Part shown: piece after piece, positions 1 through 9,730 of the stretch
Layout of the letters: every line of letters begins with the position of its first letter
Numbering within the stretch: the first letter of the stretch is position 1
NCBI GenBank assembly: GCA_013239625.1
Contig: MU053493.1
Coordinates: 2,604,733-2,624,732, forward strand
Length of the DNA stretch: 20,000 bases
Source: Lama guanicoe
Taxonomy: Eukaryota
Reading direction: 5' to 3'
Translations under genes and position numbers: made by a program
Notes under the pieces: generated by a model
The model's input: only the letters and a program-made list of their open reading frames with translations
What the model was told of the DNA's origin: nothing
Database searches by the model: none

Positions 1-52
1 ACAATGTAAATCTATTACACCTCAGTAACAAAACAAAACAAAACAAAACAAA
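1..52 (+). mobile_element. 3' terminus of an L1 with (AAAAC)n-decayed tail, cut by the window edge
   Basis: ACAATGTAAATCTATTACACCTCAGTAA resembles the L1 3' end at ~7943-7970 and is followed by an (AAAAC)n run. Confidence 0.6.
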
Positions 53-222
53 CCCAAATGTATGCTGTTCACAAGGTATACACTTTAGATTCAAAGAGGT
101 TGAAACTAAAAGGATGGGAAAGATATATCATGCAAACAGTAAGTATAAGAGCCAGCGTGGCTTTATTAATACAAGATAAAATAAGCTGGAAGACAACAAA
201 GTTATTAAACACAGAAGGACTT
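53..222 (+). mobile_element. Decayed L1 ORF2 endonuclease-domain fragment
   Basis: ORF 58..297 contains RLKLKGWERY and ASVALLIQDKISWK, matching L1 EN motifs RLKVKGWKKI and AGVAILISDKIDFK; frameshifted. Confidence 0.8.
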
Positions 223-239
223 AACATTTTTAAAAAACT

Positions 240-876
240 AAAGTCCAAAGTTTACATTAGAGTTCACACTTTATGTTGTACATTCCGTGTGTTCTGACAA
301 ACACATAGTCATAAATATGTGATTACAGTATCGTACAGAATAATTTCACAACTCCCAAAATGTCCTGTACTCCAGCTACTAACCTCTCTCCCCTTGCCCT
401 GGCAATGACTGATCTTTTTACTCTCTCTCTGGTTTTCCCTTTTCCAGAATGTCATATAGCTGAAATCAAACACTATATATAGAGTTTTCCAGACTGGCTT
501 CTTTCACTTAGTAATATGCATTTAGGATTCCTCCAAGTCTTTCTGTGGCTTTATAGCTGATTTCTTTTTATTGCTGAATAATATTCATTGTATGGACATA
601 CCACAGTTTATTTATCAATTCACCTATTAAACCAATCGCTTCCAAATTTTGGCAATTATGAACAAGCTGATATACATGTTTGTGTGCAGATTTTTGTATA
701 CACTTAAATTTTCAACTAATTTAAGTAGATACCTAAGAGCGTGATTGCTGGATCATGTGGTAAGAGTATATTTAGCTTTGTAAGAAACTGCCAAACTGTC
801 TTCCAAAGAGGCTGTACTATTTTGCATTCCCACCACCAATAAATAAGACTCCTGTTGCTTCATATCCTCACCTGCA
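240..876 (-). mobile_element. Old L1 3'UTR/ORF2 end (L1MC1-like), antisense
   Basis: CCTGGCAATGACTGATCTTTTTA...CCTTTTCCAGAATGTCATATAG...GGCTTCTTTCACTTAGTAATATGCATTTAGG...TTGCTGGATCATGTGGTAAG...TTTGCATTCCCACC, typical of the L1MC 3' region. Confidence 0.85.
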
Positions 877-981
877 TAGTTCTCTTATCTGGAACTTTTT
901 ACATAGTTTGTTAGATTACACTTAAGTACATCCATTCTTTTGGTGCCAAGGTAAGTGGTGGTGTTTTTAATTTCAATTGTT

Positions 982-1088
982 CATAGACGGCCAACATGTG
1001 CATGAAAAGGTGCCCAGCATCACTAATCATGAAGGAAATGCAAATCCAAACCACAGTGAGGTATTACCTCACACCTGTTGGAACAGCT
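982..1088 (+). mobile_element. Short sense L1 ORF2 C-terminal fragment
   Basis: Translates to MKRCPASLIMKEMQIQTTVRYYLTPV (L1 consensus-like [26 protein letters not shown]). Confidence 0.85.
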
Positions 1089-1112
1089 GGTGAGGCTATG
1101 GCTGTGAGAATA

Positions 1113-1260
1113 GGTTTTAGTCATTCTGATAGTTGTATGGTGGTATCTCATTATTGTTTTAATTTGCAATTCCCTAGTGACATATGATATTGAGTATTTT
1201 ATCACATGCATCTTTGCCATCTGTATGTCTTTGGTGAGGTGCCTGTTCACATCTTTTCCC
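1113..1260 (-). mobile_element. Antisense L1 ORF2 C-terminal fragment, probably the continuation of 240-876
   Basis: Minus ORF gives MNRHLTKDIQMA...RELQIKTIMRYHHTTIRMT. Confidence 0.85.
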
Positions 1261-2013
1261 CACAGTTTCTTTATGCATTAATCCTTTGGTGGACACTGAG
1301 GTTGTTTCCATACCAAGGCTATCGTGAATAATGCTTCAGTGAACCTGAGGGTGCACATATTTTTTTGAGTTAGTGTTTTCATTTTCTTCAGATAAATACC
1401 CAGAAGTGGAATTGCTGGATCATATCATAAGTCTATTTTTAGTTTGTTTGTTTTTTTTAAAAAAACTCCGTACTGTTTTCCACAGTAGCTGCACCAATTT
1501 ACATTCCCAACAGTGTATGAGGGTTCCCTTCTCTCCACATTCTCACCAACGCTAGTTATCCCTTGTCTTTTTGATGATGGCCATTTTGACAGGTATGAGG
1601 TGATATCTGATCATGGTTTTGATTTGCATTTCCCTGATGATTAATGATGTTGCGCACCTTTTTGATACCTGTTGGCCATCTGTAAGTCTTCTTTCCAAAA
1701 ATGTTTGTTCAGATCCTCTGCCCATTTTTAAATAAAATCGCTTGGTTTTTTGCTGTTGAATTGTATAACCTGTTTATATATTTTAGGCATTAGCCCCTTA
1801 TCAGACATGATTTGCAAATACTTTCTCTCATTCAGTGGGTTGCGTTTTCACTTTGTTGATGGTTTCCTTTGCTGTGCAGAAGCTTTTTAGTTCGATTTAG
1901 TTCCACTCGTTTATTTTTGCTTCTGCTGCTTTTGCCTTTGGTGTCAGATTTTTAAAAAGTCATTGCCAAGACCTGTGCCAAGGAACCTAACTGCCTATGT
2001 GTTCTTCTAGGAG
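1261..2013 (-). mobile_element. Antisense L1 ORF2 3' fragment (L1MA/Laurasiatherian type)
   Basis: GATAAATACCCAGAAGTGGAATTGCTGGATCATAT...GCACCAATTTACATTCCCAACAGTG...TTTCCTTTGCTGTGCAGAAGCTTTTTAG...TTCTTCTAGGAG. Confidence 0.9.
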
Positions 2014-2019
2014 ATACAT

Positions 2020-2380
2020 AGTTTAATTAGGTCTTATTTTTTTATTTTTGGTTTTATTTCCTTTTCCTTAGGAGACAGATTCAAAAAACACTGCTACAAC
2101 TTACGTCAAAGAGTGTTCTGCCTATGTTTTCTTCTAGGGAGTTTTATGGTTTCTGGTCTTACATGTAGGTCTTTAATTCATTTTGAGTTTATCTTTATAT
2201 ATGGTGTTAGAGAATGCTCTAAATTCATTCTTTACATGTAGCTGTTCAGTTTTCTCAGCACAACTTATTGAAGAAACTATCTTTTCCCTTTTGTATATTC
2301 TTGCCACCTTTGGTGAAGAGTAACTGATGATAAGTGAGTGGGTTTATTTCTGGGCTCTCTAGTTGGTTCCATTGATCTAT
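2020..2380 (-). mobile_element. Second antisense L1 ORF2 fragment, different subfamily
   Basis: GAGTGTTCTGCCTATGTTTTCTTCTAG...GGGTTTATTTCTGGGCTCTCT...GTTCCATTGATCTAT. Confidence 0.9.
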
Positions 2381-2571
2381 TAATCTATGACAAAGGAAGC
2401 ACTGCTAACTATTAGACCAATGCAAATCAAAACCATGATAAGGTATCACCTCACACCAGTCAGAGCAGCCATAATTAAAAAGTCTAAATAATAAATGCTG
2501 GAGAGGATGTGGAGAAAAGGGAACTACACTGTTAGTGGGGACATAAATTGGTGTAGCCACTATGGAAAACA
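2381..2571 (+). mobile_element. Sense L1 ORF2 fragments (20-bp piece plus ~170-bp piece)
   Basis: TAATCTATGACAAAGG then ATGCAAATCAAAACC...TATCACCTCACACCAGTCAGA...GCTGGAGAGGATGTGGAGAAAAGGGAAC...GCCACTATGGAAAACA. Confidence 0.85.
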
Positions 2572-2679
2572 CGTGCATGTGCCTAGCCTGCACGAGGTCC
2601 TGGGTTAAATTCCCAGTACCGCCATTAAAACAAATAAGCAAACAAACAAAGAAACAAACCTAATTACCCACCCCCCAAA
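2572..2679 (+). mobile_element. 5'-truncated Vic-1-like tRNA-Ala-derived SINE
   Basis: GCACGAGGTCCTGGGTTAAATTCCCAGTACCGCCATTAAA plus (AAAC)n and the AAACCTAATTACC tail shared with other copies; A box missing. Confidence 0.85.
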
Positions 2680-2769
2680 GTAAGCTCTTTTGCACTGAAA
2701 AAGAAAAGTACAATAAAAACTACAAAAGATAAATTGAGCAAATTATTGGTGATACACTATGAGCAATGT

Positions 2770-3020
2770 GACCAAGAACTCTTACAAGTCTGAAAGAAAA
2801 GAATAAACAACCCAGTAGAAAAGTAGGCAAGCGTCTCACAGAAAAAGCAATACCAAGGGCCAATATATAAACACATGAAAAGATGCAGGATTTCATTCTT
2901 AGGCAGGAGATGAAAAACGGGAATAATAATGGTTGATGACAAGACTAAAAATTCATCATTCTTGCGGTTGGTGAGGATGTGGGGAATCTGTCTCACTGTT
3001 GTATCATTCATTGGAAAATT
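2770..3020 (+). mobile_element. Ancient L1 (L1ME-like) ORF2 3' remnant
   Basis: AAGAACTCTTACAAG...AAACAACCCAGTAGAAAAGTAGGCAA...AAACACATGAAAAGATGC...GTTGGTGAGGATGTGGGGAA. Confidence 0.65.
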
Positions 3021-3150
3021 TGTGTCTTAGTGAGAATTCTTCTCTGGGAGTAAGACAAGTGGTAATAACCAAGACAGGTATTTGATTATATGGTGGTGGC
3101 CAATGAGAGCTGATTTTTAGGCTCTTTTCTTGGACTTTCTGCCTTAGTGC

Positions 3151-3319
3151 AGGGTTTCTCAACAGTGGCACCACTGACATTTGGGGAAGGATAATTCTTT
3201 GTTGGAGGGTGCGCTGTTCACTGTCAGGAGTTTGACAGTATCCTTGTCTTCTACCCACTAAATAGCACCTCCAGTTTCTGACAACCAAAAATACCTCCCG
3301 AAATTGTCAAAGGTCCCAG
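3151..3319 (-). mobile_element. MER20-like hAT-Charlie DNA transposon
   Basis: AGGGTTTCTCAAC...GACATTTGGGG..GGATAATTCTTTGTT...CTACCCACTA...TGACAACCAAAAAT matches the reverse complement of the MER20 consensus. Confidence 0.85.
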
Positions 3320-3871
3320 TGGAGTTTGGGACTGTGTCATTTAGACTCATGCTGGGCACCACACACCTGCTTTGGTTTCTGCAGGAGCCCAGGCGGGCCA
3401 TGATGGTGTTGCATTTGGTTTTTAATCCCCAGTTCATTTTTAGATCCTAAAGCACAAAACGGAATTCAGGAAGTGTGAATTTACTTGAACCAACTGGGAA
3501 AAAAAGGTTTTCTCAGCCTCTGCAGAAGGCAGCTGCAGAATTCACAACAGCTTTAATTTTAACACACTGAATAAATACAGTAAGTGGCTCTTTGCACTGA
3601 GGTTCAAATCTCTTATCTATTTTTACCTCCAAGCAAACAACAGATTGGAAAAGAAAGTTACTACTTTGTGAGTGGATTATTGAATCTCGGCATCAACAAC
3701 TTGTTTGATGTTATTTTGTACTGTGTACTAGAAAAAAATCATTTACCTGAAGATACTACTGTAAACACACTGAGCAAAAAAAATTTATGATTTCTTTAGA
3801 AGAAATTTTCTTCCCACAGGCAAAGAAAGAGTAAGCACAGTAAAACCATGGCTCTACAAGTTGCGTTCTCT

Positions 3872-4126
3872 CCACACAATGGAATATTATTCAGCCTTAA
3901 AAAGGAAGGACATTCTGACACTTGCTTAACATGGGTGAAGCCAGAGGACAAGATGCTGAGTAAAATAAGCCAGTCACAAAAAGACAAAACTGTGTGACTC
4001 TACTCATGAGTCCCCAGAGGAGTCAGAGGCAGAAAGCAGACTGGTGGTTGTCAGGAACTGAGAAAAGAGGGGTGTGGGGGCTTACTGTGTAACGGGTGTA
4101 GAGTTTCAGTTTTACAAGATGAAAAC
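3872..4126 (+). mobile_element. L1 3'UTR fragment (L1MB-like)
   Basis: ACAATGGAATATTATTCAGCCTTAAAAAGGAAGG...TAAGCCAGTCACAAAAAGACAAA...TAGAGTTTCAGTTTTACAAGATGAAAA. Confidence 0.85.
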
Positions 4127-4139
4127 AATTTTTGAACCA

Positions 4140-4766
4140 ACCCATGCTACAGATGGGAAAACTGAGTGTAAAAGAAAAGAACAAATCTGACTCCATGTTA
4201 GATCTGTTCTTTTGACTTTAACCCTGTGCTCTGTTTCCTAGGCTTAAAATTGCTGGTTCTGCACCTTTTGTAAAGGAATGTTGTCTATAGCCTGAAATAT
4301 ACAGGAGAGCCTATTCTCAAGGCTCTAACCTTTAAGGATATTAACACTTTTCCATTCATATAAAGATAAAAAGTTGCTGAATAAAAAATAACCTTTGTTT
4401 TGTTGGAGGTTTTATAGGACACCACGTGGACAGCTGCAAGAAGAAAGGATTCCAAGAACAAAGAATTCCTATACCAAGAAGTTTTGCAACAACCACCACA
4501 CCCCCTCCCCTTTTTAGTATAAAAGGAGCCTGAATTCTGACTTGGGGAAGATGGTTGGTTCTCCAGGACATTAGTCTGCCATCTTCTCAGTCTGCTGGCT
4601 TTCTGAATTAAGTTGCTATTCCTTGCCCCAACACCTCATCTCTTGATTTACTGGCTTGTGGTGTGGCGAGCAGAATGAGTTTGGACTGGGTAACATGAGG
4701 TGTACAGGGGTGAAGAGACTTGAGGAAGACCACGCTTCACCCCAGCTCTGTCTGACTCAAAAAGCT
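4140..4766 (-). mobile_element. MIR core split by the LTR at 4167-4695
   Basis: Removing the LTR and one TSD gives ACAGATGGGAAAACTGAG-GTGTACAGGGGTGAAGAGACTTG...TCTGTCTGACTC, the antisense MIR core. Confidence 0.7.
4167..4695 (+). mobile_element. ERV1-class solo LTR (529 bp)
   Basis: TG...CA termini (TGTAAAAG...GGTAACA), perfect 4-bp TSD TGAG (4163-4166 and 4696-4699), TATAAAA at 4518-4524, degenerate poly(A) signal AATTAA at 4606-4611. Confidence 0.9.
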
Positions 4767-5131
4767 TTGAATGGCATCATCACAGTTTCTAAAAGAAAGG
4801 GCTGATGCTTGCAATCACAAAAAAGTTAACAAGTGGCCCAGATGACTTGTTGGGGAAATTCAGCCACACGGCTGCACGAGAAGTTCTATATCAAAGGCAG
4901 TCTCATTGAACACTAAAATTGTGTTTTACCACCAACAGTTATAAAATCACTTAAAGATGTTTCAGAATGAAATCTTCAGATCCTGTGGATTTTAATATGA
5001 CATATTAAGAAGCATACTCACAACAATTTCCAGACATTGTATGTATAAAATATTACCACATAAAAAAGAAATATAATACTATCAAAAAGGACATTTTAGA
5101 ATGAATGGGTTATTTTCTTATCATGCATTTT

Positions 5132-5264
5132 GGGGGGTGGGTACTTAGGTTTGTTTGTTTGTTTGTTTACTTATTTATTTATTTAATGGAGGTACTGGGG
5201 ATTGAACCCAGGACCTTGTGCATGCTGAGCCCATGCTCTATCACTGAGCTATATCCTCCTCGCC
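5132..5264 (-). mobile_element. Vic-1-like SINE, full length, antisense
   Basis: Reverse complement has A box (TAGCTCAGTG) and B box (GGTTCAATCC); TSD ATCATGCATTTT 5120-5131 / ATGATGCATTTT 5265-5276. Confidence 0.92.
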
Positions 5265-5902
5265 ATGATGCATTTTTAATGAAAGAAACGTGATCTGCTA
5301 TTATTCATTATGAAATGTAAGACAAGGGATTTCACAGCCAATTGAACCAGAGTTTAGAACTGGATCTGTTTTGAACCTAAGCATGAAACTCCAAGTGTCA
5401 ACAGTGGTTTAAAATCCATCCCATGGAGTTTTGACTAGTTTGGCGCATCTGTAAATGCTCATCTCCAAAGTGCTTTGCCTTTGGAGGCTACTAAGGCATG
5501 CAGGGTGTTCCCATGGTAACGACTGCTTTGAGTTAGTACTTTTTATAGATTAAAGTATTACACCCTGGGGTCTCTTCATGTAAATGGATAAATCTTAAGA
5601 CACTGTGGTACTTCACTTAATGTAGATACTCAATGGCACAGAATTGACTTAACCCACCAGAAATGGAAAATTTCCAGCCTTTGTGTTTGATATGAACATA
5701 CGTTGTTACCAAGACCACAACATTTCCATTAATTTTTTTATACAAAATGCAAGCTAACTTTTTTATCTGCTGAAATTTATCAATATTTAACAAATTGTGG
5801 CAGAAATGTGTGTGTCTGTCAGGAGTTTGCACACATCACTATTTCCCACCCTGGGACAAAATCCCCAGTCGCTGTGGGCAATCACAAACTTTTCAGAGTG
5901 AT

Positions 5903-6019
5903 GGGGAGGGTATAGCTCAGTGGTAGTGTGCATGGTTTGCATGCACAAAGTCCTGGGTTCAATCCCCAGTACCTCCATTAACATACATATATACATACAT
6001 AAATTTTTAAACTTAAAAC
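5903..6019 (+). mobile_element. Vic-1-like SINE, full length
   Basis: GGGGAGGGTATAGCTCAGTGGTAG...GGGTTCAATCCCCAGTACCTCCA with (ACAT)n tail; TSD AACTTTTCAGAGTG 5887-5900 / AACTTTTCAGAATG 6020-6033. Confidence 0.92.
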
Positions 6020-6587
6020 AACTTTTCAGAATGCATTTATGAGCAATTATCTCATTTGGCTGCAACAAGAGCTTTGTGAGATAAAATGGGCAGGTGTTAC
6101 AGCCTTGTCTAAAACAGGAAGAGATCATTTCTAGAAAAGTAACAGCTGCAATTTAGGCAAAACAATTTTTAGGCCTTCTTCTGTCTTAAAAAAAAATTAA
6201 GTGGCTTCTTTGGCCTGTGTGGTTCAACACCATGGCCACGGTCAGTTCTATCAGTCAGTTCTCTAGGAATCAGGGGGAAATGGCTGAATAATGGACATCT
6301 CCAGGAGGGGTTCCTTAGAGTTCTCAGGGACAGACCAGTTTATTGTGGGATCAAGTTAAGGATACATGTCCTGCACACAGTCCAAACGATGTGCTTTCTA
6401 ATCCATGTCCCCACTGCACCCTCACTCTGAGCTCACCTACAGCTTAGACGGGTGTGGGCTGTGTTTTGGATGACAGGCCATGACCTCACTCCACCATGAA
6501 TGCAACCCAGCCCACCATCTGGGTCCCTATGCCTCCACCCTGGTGTCCTGTTGTGGCCCATGATATTTCCACCCTTCCAGCCCCCTT

Positions 6588-8249
6588 GGGTGGTAGGAGC
6601 TTCCCACATGGCCCTCGGGGAGTCCCACCTTCTGGTATTCATATCTTTGTGTGTAGGGGCTGGACCAGCAACTTGATTTGAATGAATAAAATACAGCAAA
6701 GATGATGGGATGTTACTTTTGAAATTAAGTTATAAAAGACTGTGACTTCCATCTCCTTTATACACTTTGTCTCTCTGACTCTTCTCACATGTTTGCTCTG
6801 ATTAAGTGAGCTGGAGAAGTCTACATGGCAAGAAGCTCTGGGAAGCCTCCAACTCACTGCCAGTGAAGAATCAAGACCTTCATTCTATGGGAGAAAATAT
6901 TTGCAAATAACACAACTGACAGGGGACAATTTTCCAAAATATACAAAAAGCTCATACAACTTAATATCAAAAAACAAACAACTCAATCAAAAAACAGGTT
7001 GAAGACCTAAACAGACATTTCTCCAAAGAAGACATCCAGATGGCCAACAGGCACATGAAAAGATGCTCAATATCGCTAATTATCAGAGAAATGAAAATCA
7101 AAACTACAATGAGGTATCACCTCACACCAGTCAGAATGGCCATCATTAAAAAAATCTACAAATAACAAATGCTGGAAAGATTGTGGGTTAAAAGGAACCC
7201 TCCTACATGGTGGGAATGTAATTTGGTGCAGCCACAATGGAGGTTCCTTAAAAAACTAAAAATAGAGTTACCTATGATCCAGCAATCCCACTCCTGAGCA
7301 TATATCCAGAAAAAACTATAGTTCAAAAAGATATATGCACCCCAGTGTTCACAGCAGCATTATTTACTCATAGGCATATATCTGGAGAAAACTATAAGTT
7401 GAAAAGACACATGCACCCCAATGTTTATAGCAGCACTATTTACGATAGCTAAGACATGGAAACAACCTAAATGTCCATCAACAGAGGACTAGATAAAGAA
7501 GATGTGGTATACATATACAATGGAATATTACTCAGCCATAAAAACAAATGAAATAATGCCATTTGTAGCAACATGGATGAACCTAGAGATGATCATATTG
7601 AGTGAAGTCAGACAGAAAGACAAATACCATATGATATCACTTATATGTAGAATCTTAAAAAAAATGATACAAATTCTATTTACAAACCAAAAACAGGCTC
7701 GTGGACATAGAAAACAAACTATGGTTACCAAAGGGGAAAAGGAGGGGAGGGATAATTTAGGGGTTGGAGATTCACAGATACACACACTACATATAAATAG
7801 ATAAACAACAAAGGTCTACTGTAGAGCACAGGGAACTATATTCAATTTCTTTAATAATATATAATGGAAAAGAATCTGAAAAGAAACTATACATATGTAT
7901 GTATAATCATAATTGAATAATTTTGCTGTATACCTGAAACTAACATTGTAAATCAACTACAGTTGAATAAAAAATTTAAAAAAAGAAAAGACCACCATTC
8001 TAACATCTCACAAGGAACGGATTCCTGCCACCGACATATGATTGAGCCTGGATTGGAGCATTCTCCCGCTGGACCTTCAGATGAGACCACAGCCCTGGCT
8101 GACACCTTGATGACAGCCTTGTGACCCAGCTACACCGTGCCCTGATTCCTGACCTGTAGAAAACAGCACATCATAACCGTGCTTCTTAAGCCACACATCT
8201 TGGGATAATTGGGGGCTAATCTGTTACACAGAAACAGATATTTAATACA
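6588..8249 (+). mobile_element. MaLR LTR (MLT1F-like) in two parts (6588-6887 and 7988-8249), split by an L1
   Basis: GATGGGATGTTACTTTTGAAATTAAGTTATAAAAGACTGTGACTTCC in the left part; CCTTCAGATGAGACCACAGCCCTGGCTGACACCTTGAT...TGTTACACAG...TAATACA in the right part. Confidence 0.85.
6888..7987 (+). mobile_element. 5'-truncated L1 (ORF2 C-terminus, 3'UTR, poly(A)), ~1.1 kb, with TSD
   Basis: ORF 7502.. MWYTYTMEYYSAIKTNEIMPFVATWMNLEMIILSEVRQKDKYHMISLI is the L1 ORF2 C-terminus; AATAAA and A-tail at ~7966-7987; 15-bp TSD AAGACCTTCATTCTA 6873-6887 / AAGACCACCATTCTA 7988-8002. Confidence 0.95.
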
Positions 8250-9259
8250 CTCAGATTCCGACACTTGGGAGTTATCCTTGATCCTATCAATTACAATAAG
8301 GCTCCTAGAAGTTCTCCTGCCCTTTTCTCAAGGCCCCTGAATGTATGCTTTTCTGGGACTTGAGGGAAGGTAACAGGCTACTTAGGGCGGAAAGGATCAC
8401 ATAGTATAAGCCTCTGGGTACTCTTTCCTCTGCTGGACAACCCTTTCTCCAGTCTAACCAGAAAGTACCTTCCTTGCTCTTCTGCCTTGGATGTTCTACG
8501 TTCCAAAACTTAGCTCGGGTCCAGCTTGTTTTCTTCTGCCTCCCTGATCTGGGTTCCAATTTTAGAGCCTGATGGCTATAGTTCAGAGCCTGACCTGGTC
8601 AGCAGACCTTCCACTGCTGCTGTGTTTGATGGTTGGTCTGCAGTGTCCTTGGCCTCATATTACACCCATGCAGAGCCAAAGTGCCTTAGCAGCCCTGCAG
8701 GATGGCCCGAGTCTCTCCTCTAGCAGTTCACAGCCAGGTCCTGAGTTGCCAAGTCAGGGCCCCGACTAGCTCCTGATGGCCCGCCCTGATCCTTAGCTCC
8801 TTGATCCCTCCCCTCAAGCTTTCCCTATCACTGACCTTCCCAGCTCCAGCACCTTATGGAGGCCTGCAGTCTTTCAAAGGCACGTGCCAAGTTGTGAGCT
8901 AGTCTTCCTATCGCTTCAGGGGGTGTGGGATGGGACTTGCTAACGGGCCAGCTCTTTGGGGAGGATGTGAATGCAGCAGCTCCATGGAGGCCCTGGCCCC
9001 AGGCCCCAACACTCAGCAGCACAGCAGTGACTCACAAAAGCAGTGGGGGAGTGGGATGTGGTGTCAGAATCAGCTCCCAGTCCCTCTGGGCAATTAGGAA
9101 GCAGACCGCTGACTCGGAGCCAGAAAAATAGAGTAAAATTCCTTTTTCTGGCTTCTGAGGGCTGCCACAGACGGATGCCAGCCTGCTGCTTGTCCAACCT
9201 TCCTCATCCTGAGCCCTCTGCTCCCGCCAGAATTCTTTACTTTAAAAAATAGATACTGA

Positions 9260-9577
9260 AAGGATGAACCCCGCAGACATTATGTGAAGCCAAAGAATCT
9301 GGATGCAAAGGAGTAAATGTTGTGCTGTTCATTAAGATGGCATTTTAGAATAGGCAAAGTTCAGCTCAGGTGAATAAAAGATCCTGTAAGTTGCCTCTGG
9401 TTGGTGAGGGATTGCCTCACAAGAGATGTGGAGGAGCCTTCTGGAGCAATGGAAATGTTTTCTTTCTAGGAGTGTGGGTTCCACAGGTGCATGCCTTTGC
9501 CAAAATTGTACAGCCAATGTTGTCGTTCTCTCACTATGTCATTCTGCTACATGTAAGTTTTACCTCCAAGAGAAAAA
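9260..9577 (+). mobile_element. Ancient L1 3'UTR (L1ME-like)
   Basis: GGATGAACCCCGCAGACATTATG...TAGAATAGGCAAA...TTCTGGAGCAATGGAAATGTT...ATGTAAGTTTTACCTCC. Confidence 0.7.
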
Positions 9578-9589
9578 TGAATGATTACA

Positions 9590-9730
9590 CTTAGGGGAGT
9601 GTTGTGGGAGAAGCAGAAATGGCACAATTTGGTAATTACTGAAGTTGGGTCATTGGTACACAGAGTCTCATTAGATTACTCAGTCTACTTTGTGTTATGT
9701 GTAAACTTTTCCATGATAAAAAATGGAAAA
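9590..9730 (+). mobile_element. L1MC4-like 3' end
   Basis: TAATTACTGAAGTTGGGTCATTGGTACACAGAG...TCTACTTTTGTG...TTTTCCATGATAAAAA. Confidence 0.6.

Noticed and set aside
3634..3836. Plus-strand microexon-like patterns (CAG|24 nt|GTGAGT at 3644-3667; TTCCCACAG|11 nt|GTAAGC at 3820-3830)
   Set aside because: No coherent frame or partner exons; they show how often such motifs arise by chance and temper the other exon candidates.
5903..5977. tRNA-Ala-like gene (also at 5188-5264 and 15217-15292)
   Set aside because: Each has an A-rich or microsatellite tail and a TSD, and the stems are mismatched; these are SINE copies, not tRNA genes.
7502..7804. 100-aa ORF, plus the ORFs at 58, 996, 1373 and 18524, as protein-coding genes
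   Set aside because: Sense or antisense translations of frameshifted L1 remnants with no intact ORF2.
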